The position numbers and the translations under genes were made by a program. Positions 18,804 to 23,019 of a stretch of DNA of 23,019 nt are shown one piece after another. Below the pieces are notes generated by a model. That model did not search any database. It was not told the origin of the DNA and saw only the letters and a program-made list of their open reading frames with translations. Each line of letters starts with the position of its first letter. Within the stretch, counting starts at the first letter, position 1. The DNA comes from Myxococcota bacterium (lineage in GTDB: Bacteria; Myxococcota; JACRCW01), in contig JBFMGU010000171.1 of NCBI GenBank assembly GCA_040752415.1, forward strand, positions 1 to 23,019, in the 5' to 3' direction.

Positions 18804-19615
18804 GACGCACGCACCAGATTGTCGGCATGTTGCTCGTGATGGCGGCCACGTCGGTGGCGTTGGCCTACGCGCCGCATCCCGGGTTCATCCTCAGCCTGTC
18901 GGCGGGCAAGCGCACCAAGCAGCGGCTCAACGCCACGCGTGTCGTCGTCAAGCGCACCGACTACGTGGGGGAGCAGCCCCAGGACCCGCGCGAGCTCACC
19001 ATCACGCTGCGGGAGGGTGGCCGCGTGCGGGAGGAGTGGACGGACAAGGACGGCAAGCACGCGCGCATCAGCGACGGCACGCGCCTCCTCCTCGTCGACG
19101 GCGAGAAGAAGGAGAAGGGCACGCCGGAGCCGGACCTGCTCTACGCGCTGTGGGCCAGCGGCGGGGAGGCCACCGAGCGCGAGCTGGCGCAGGAGCGCGC
19201 GCTCAAGGTGATGAAGGCGTGGGGTGTGGCGGAGAGCCCGGTGGCGTTCTCGCGCATGGATGGGCGCGTGGCGTGGGTGATTGGCGCGGAGAGCCGCAAC
19301 CTGGAGGTCCCGCAGCTGTGGATCGACAAGGACGACTTCCTGCCACTGCGGGTGCTGCACCGTGACGTCGTGGCTGCGCCGCCTCCGCCTGCACCCACGC
19401 CGGATGGCGGCCCTGCTCCCGAGCCGGCTGCGCCGCCCGCGGCCACTGGCGCGCTCGTCGACATCCGCTACCGCAACTGGGGCAGCGCGACGGGTGGTGA
19501 GTTCTTCCCCGGCCGCATCGAGACCTACCGCGACGGTCTGCTGGTGCGCGTGGATGAGCTGGTGAAGGTGGACGTCACCCCCAAGATCGACGAGCGCGAC
19601 TTCAAGCTGGAATAG
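18800..19615 (+). CDS. Exported hypothetical protein, probable LolA-like beta fold
   Basis: The GTG overlaps the galU stop (GTGA), suggesting translational coupling. It has a signal peptide (VALA-Y). RVAWVIG...QLWIDKDDFLPLR and FFPGRIETY are typical of LolA-like proteins. Confidence 0.7.
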   Translation: MRRTHQIVGMLLVMAATSVALAYAPHPGFILSLSAGKRTKQRLNATRVVVKRTDYVGEQPQDPRELTITLREGGRVREEWTDKDGKHARISDGTRLLLVDGEKKEKGTPEPDLLYALWASGGEATERELAQERALKVMKAWGVAESPVAFSRMDGRVAWVIGAESRNLEVPQLWIDKDDFLPLRVLHRDVVAAPPPPAPTPDGGPAPEPAAPPAATGALVDIRYRNWGSATGGEFFPGRIETYRDGLLVRVDELVKVDVTPKIDERDFKLE

Positions 19616-19619
19616 GCGC

Positions 19620-21107
19620 TCACCCGCGCCAGCCGCTGTCCTCCACCTGCGCCACCGACGGAGCATCCACCCGCGGCAGCACCAGCTCGGCGCGACAACC
19701 CTGGCCCGGCTCGGTGGTCAGCTCCAGCCGTCCCCCGTGACTGCGGGCAATCTTCACCACCAGCGGCAATCCCAGGCCGGTGCCCTTCTCCTTCGTCGTG
19801 AAGAACGGGGTGAGCGCGTTCTGCAGCGCCTCCCGCGACATGCCCGGCCCCTGGTCCTGCACCGCCAGCGTGAGGAACTGCCCCTCCAGCGCGGCGCTGA
19901 GGCGCACCCGGGTTCCGGTGGGGGAGGCCTGCACCGCGTTCTGCGCCAGGTTGAGCAGCGCGCGACGGATCTGCCCCTCGTCCAGCGCGGCGTGCAGGCT
20001 CTCGGGCACCTCTGGCTCCACGGCCACCTCCACCTGGCGGTTCCGCCCGTCGGCGGCGCACAGCTGGGACACCTCCCCCAGCAACTGGCGCACGTTGAGC
20101 TCCTTGCGCTGCGGCGGCACGTCGCGGGCGAACATCAGGAAGTCGTTCACCACGCCGCTGAGGTGACCCAGCTCCTTGCGGATGCGGTCCACCGCGTTCT
20201 TGATCTCGTGGCGCAGTGGCGCGGGCACGTCGGGAGGCAGCTCGGCGGCGGTCTCGGACAGGATGCCCGCGTACAGCTCCATGCCGCCCAGCGGGTTGCG
20301 CACCTCGTGGGCAATGCCGGCCAGCATCATCTGGCGTTCCTGGTCGCGGGCCAGCAGGCGCAGCCGCATCTCGTCCAGCGCGCGGGCCACCTGTCCCACC
20401 TCGTCGTCGGCCGCCACGTCAATGGGCCGGCCCAGCTCGCCCTCGCCCATGGTGCGCGCCTGTTGACTGAGGCGGAAGAGCGGGCGGGCCAGGCTGCGTG
20501 CCACGGTGTACGCGGTGGCCACCAGCAGGATCAGCGCCACCGCCACCAGCACCGCGTACAGGCCGGCCAGCGCGCGCAGGGTGCGGAACAGGTCGGCGGC
20601 GCCCTCCACCGCCACCACCATGGGGATCTCGGCGGCGGGCACGGCGGCGTAGCAGCTCTTGTACAGCGCTCCGTCGGGGCCCTCGAACAGGACGGAGGCG
20701 GAAGGCGTGCCGGTCAGCGCGCGCTCCATCTCCACCTGGTCGAACTGCAGGCGCGGCGCGCTGGCGCCAATGGGGAGGCGTCCGTCGGAGTCCAGGCGTA
20801 CGCGCCGGTCCGCGTCCACCAGCATCACCCGCGCCGCGCTGCCGCCCACCCTCACGCTCTCCAGCCGGCGTCGGATGTTCTGCGCGGTGCGCGTGTCCTC
20901 GTCCCCCTCCTGCAGGGTGGCGGCGAGATCCGCGGGGATGGTGGAGGCCGCCACCTGGGCCAGGGCGCACAAGCGCCGACCCAGCTCCTCCTCCAGCGCA
21001 TCCCGGGTTCCCACGTAGGCCACGGCACCACATGCCAGCACCGCGGCGGTGGCGGGTGCGGCAAAGGCCAGCGCCAGGCGGGGACCCAGGGGAAGTCGTC
21101 GGGGCAT
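19620..21107 (-). CDS. Membrane sensor histidine kinase with HAMP domain
   Basis: Two TM helices, HAMP (ARPLFRL..DDEVGQVARALDEM), H-box IAHEVRNPL, N-box LLNLAQNAVQA, G1 DQGPGM, F-box PFFTTK and G2 GTGLGL. The start at ATG 21107 is an estimate. Confidence 0.95.
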   Translation of the reverse strand: MPRRLPLGPRLALAFAAPATAAVLACGAVAYVGTRDALEEELGRRLCALAQVAASTIPADLAATLQEGDEDTRTAQNIRRRLESVRVGGSAARVMLVDADRRVRLDSDGRLPIGASAPRLQFDQVEMERALTGTPSASVLFEGPDGALYKSCYAAVPAAEIPMVVAVEGAADLFRTLRALAGLYAVLVAVALILLVATAYTVARSLARPLFRLSQQARTMGEGELGRPIDVAADDEVGQVARALDEMRLRLLARDQERQMMLAGIAHEVRNPLGGMELYAGILSETAAELPPDVPAPLRHEIKNAVDRIRKELGHLSGVVNDFLMFARDVPPQRKELNVRQLLGEVSQLCAADGRNRQVEVAVEPEVPESLHAALDEGQIRRALLNLAQNAVQASPTGTRVRLSAALEGQFLTLAVQDQGPGMSREALQNALTPFFTTKEKGTGLGLPLVVKIARSHGGRLELTTEPGQGCRAELVLPRVDAPSVAQVEDSGWRG

Positions 21108-21205
21108 GGGGAAAACCGGAATTTGCGTCCAACCGCAACCATGGCTCAAACTGGCCGTGCTTTCACGCTCCGGGTGCTACAAAGGGTGGGGTGCGGGGGG
21201 AGATC

Positions 21206-23019
21206 GTGGCCGCAGCAGCAGATCAGACGCCGCTCCTGGGCGCAGACGGCGTGATCCGCTTTGCCAGCGTGCAGGCGCTGCGCGAGGCCATTCCCAAGCT
21301 GCGGCTCGGCACGTTGACGGCGCGCGGGAAGCCACCGCCGCCGGAGACCACCAGCTTCAAGCTGCTCGTGGACGGCGTGTGGGAAGCCACCGCGCAGGCG
21401 CGCATCATCACGTCGGTGGCGGGCCGCATCCTCTTGCGCCTCCCGGACGTGAGTGAGGAGCTGCTCAAGCAGATCTCCGCGCTCCCCGGCGCGGAGATTC
21501 CCGCGTTGCCGGCGGCTTCCCGGCCCGCCGCCACCGAGGAGGGCCCCAGGCCGGAGGCGAGCGAGGAGCCCCCCGCGGCGCTGGTTCCGTCGGAGCCGCC
21601 CGTTGCCGCGAAAGCTCCGGAGCCCCAGCCGGCTCCACCACCCCAGTCGTCCCTGACCTCGCCGGTCGCGGAGGTGGGCTCTCCGGGGCGTGACGTCGAT
21701 CCCACGCCGCCGGCTCCCGCCGTGGCCGCGGTGGCGGTGGACCTGGCGCCGACGCCGACGACGAGCCCGGACGCCCCCCCGCCGCCCGCGGTCTCGGAGC
21801 TCCCGCCGCTGGCTGCTGCGCCGCCCCCGACGGAGCCGGAGCCCCCCGCGCCCGTCCGCGCGCCGCTGATCTCCTCGCCAATCCTCGAGGTGATGCCGGT
21901 GGGGCGGGACTTCACGCCGTCACGGATGGCGGTTCCCGTTGCTGCCGCCGTGGACGCGGGCCTGGTACTCACCCCCGTGGAGGCGCCCGCGCCCATCTCC
22001 TCGGCCGACGCGGGGCTGGTGCTCACGCCCGTGGAGGAGCCCCCGGCGTCGTTGCAGGCCGCCGCACCCGCGGAAGCTCCGCCTGACGTCGTTCCTCCGC
22101 CCCCCGCTCCCGTGGCGGAAGAGCACGTGCCGTCGCCGGAGGCGGAGCGCGTCGCCGCGGCGCCGTCGTCCATCCCGCAAGCCGCGCCCACCGACGCCGC
22201 CAAGGCCCCGCGCGTGGAGGTCGTGCCGCCGCTGGAGCCGGAGTCGCCCGTCGCGGCCACTCCGGTGACCTCGTCGGAGGAAGCCGAGCCGGAGGACATG
22301 CCGCTCGTCGACGGGCGCGAGATCCGGTTCCGCTCGGATGCGGGGTTCGTGCGTCGTCACCAGGATCTGATCCGCGAGGCGGGGGTGATGGGTCGGTGGG
22401 TGGGGGCGGGCGCGCCGGCGTGGGAGTGCCAGGCATTCGCGGTGCGCGTGGAGGGGCATGCGCACGAGGTCTCCTTGATGGCGGAGCTGGTGCCGCTGCA
22501 GGGCGACAAGGTGGCGGTGGTGTTCAAGGACGTGGCGGGGCTGCGCAAGGGGCTGGAGGGCCTGGCCCGCCAGGTGAGCGGGGAGGCCCACGTGGAGCCG
22601 GAGCCCGCCCCCGCCGCGCCCGCGGAGACCACGCCGGAGCTGCCCCAGCCCGCCATTGACGCCAAGGGGCGGATCACCTTCCCGGACCCCGCCGCGTTGC
22701 AGGCGCACGCGCGCGGCATCGTCGACACCGCGGGGCTGATGGGCCAATGGGTGGCGCTCCGTCCCGCCCAGCGTGAGGCCCGCGACTTCGTGCTGTGCGT
22801 GGCCGGTCACGACGCGGAGATCACCCTGCGCGGTGAGGTGGTGCTGCAGCACCTGCACAGCGTGGCGGTGGTCTTCCACGACGCGACCGCGGTCCGTCGT
22901 GAGGTGGGCGCCCTGTTGGGCCGCCTCGGCGTCACCGACCCCGCGCTGGCACCTCCCGAGCCCGAGCCCGTCGTCACCGCGGCGCCCGAGCCCCCCCCCC
23001 CCCCCCCCCCCCCCCCCCC
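21206..23019 (+). CDS. 3'-truncated large protein with Pro/Ala/Glu-rich linkers and three repeated PilZ-like domains
   Basis: Absent from the ORF track because it has no stop. Manual translation from GTG 21206 (after GGGGAG) stays open to the contig end: MAAAADQTPLLGADGVIRFASVQ... GC3 is high. Confidence 0.8.
   Translation, partial: MAAAADQTPLLGADGVIRFASVQALREAIPKLRLGTLTARGKPPPPETTSFKLLVDGVWEATAQARIITSVAGRILLRLPDVSEELLKQISALPGAEIPALPAASRPAATEEGPRPEASEEPPAALVPSEPPVAAKAPEPQPAPPPQSSLTSPVAEVGSPGRDVDPTPPAPAVAAVAVDLAPTPTTSPDAPPPPAVSELPPLAAAPPPTEPEPPAPVRAPLISSPILEVMPVGRDFTPSRMAVPVAAAVDAGLVLTPVEAPAPISSADAGLVLTPVEEPPASLQAAAPAEAPPDVVPPPPAPVAEEHVPSPEAERVAAAPSSIPQAAPTDAAKAPRVEVVPPLEPESPVAATPVTSSEEAEPEDMPLVDGREIRFRSDAGFVRRHQDLIREAGVMGRWVGAGAPAWECQAFAVRVEGHAHEVSLMAELVPLQGDKVAVVFKDVAGLRKGLEGLARQVSGEAHVEPEPAPAAPAETTPELPQPAIDAKGRITFPDPAALQAHARGIVDTAGLMGQWVALRPAQREARDFVLCVAGHDAEITLRGEVVLQHLHSVAVVFHDATAVRREVGALLGRLGVTDPALAPPEPEPVVTAAPEPPPPPPPPP
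22991..23019. other. Terminal poly-C run (29 nt), probably a sequencing or assembly artefact
   Basis: Pure homopolymer at the contig end, within a Pro-coding region that otherwise mixes CCC and CCG codons. Confidence 0.75.

Noticed and set aside
21151..21166. Sigma54 promoter upstream of the PilZ-like gene
   Set aside because: TGGC is present but the -12 TTGC element is not matched.
19737..21254. 505-aa plus-strand ORF and similar long overlapping ORFs (8923..9927, 17078..18124, 17565..18737, 21223..22299, 21920..22879)
   Set aside because: All overlap better-supported genes and reflect the scarcity of stop codons in high-GC DNA.
22991..23019. Poly-C as a phase-variation tract or G-quadruplex
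   Set aside because: It lies at the contig end of an assembly that also retains adapter sequence, so an artefact is more likely.

Overview
GC-rich (about 70% by eye) bacterial contig, probably Myxococcota-like (inferred from Ser-rich lipoproteins, DAG/DGG linker motifs, Cys-rich modules, and TPR and PilZ-like proteins). Both ends are technical: an Illumina adapter remnant at 1-13 and a poly-C run at 22991-23019. I call 14 genes: a membrane protein with atypical codon usage, an LpqC/PHB-depolymerase-type lipoprotein esterase, an S9 peptidase, a 1079-aa lipoprotein (Cys/His repeats + beta-propeller + diheme CCP/MauG-like domain), a secreted TPR-like protein, an HExxH lipoprotein, DoxX, an orphan RND pump, a TPR-degenerate GGDEF protein with an intact I-site, a HEPN-like protein, galU, a LolA-like protein, an orphan HAMP histidine kinase, and a 3'-truncated protein with three PilZ-like repeats that the ORF track missed. 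The most notable structure is at 14-1613: a family of GGA(G/C)TGCG...CCGCT(TT) REP-like units in alternating orientation, including an 83-bp near-perfect inverted repeat. The ~1-kb membrane-protein gene sits between an inverted pair of these units, like cargo inside a REP doublet. All protein family calls come from motif recognition by eye, not from database searches.
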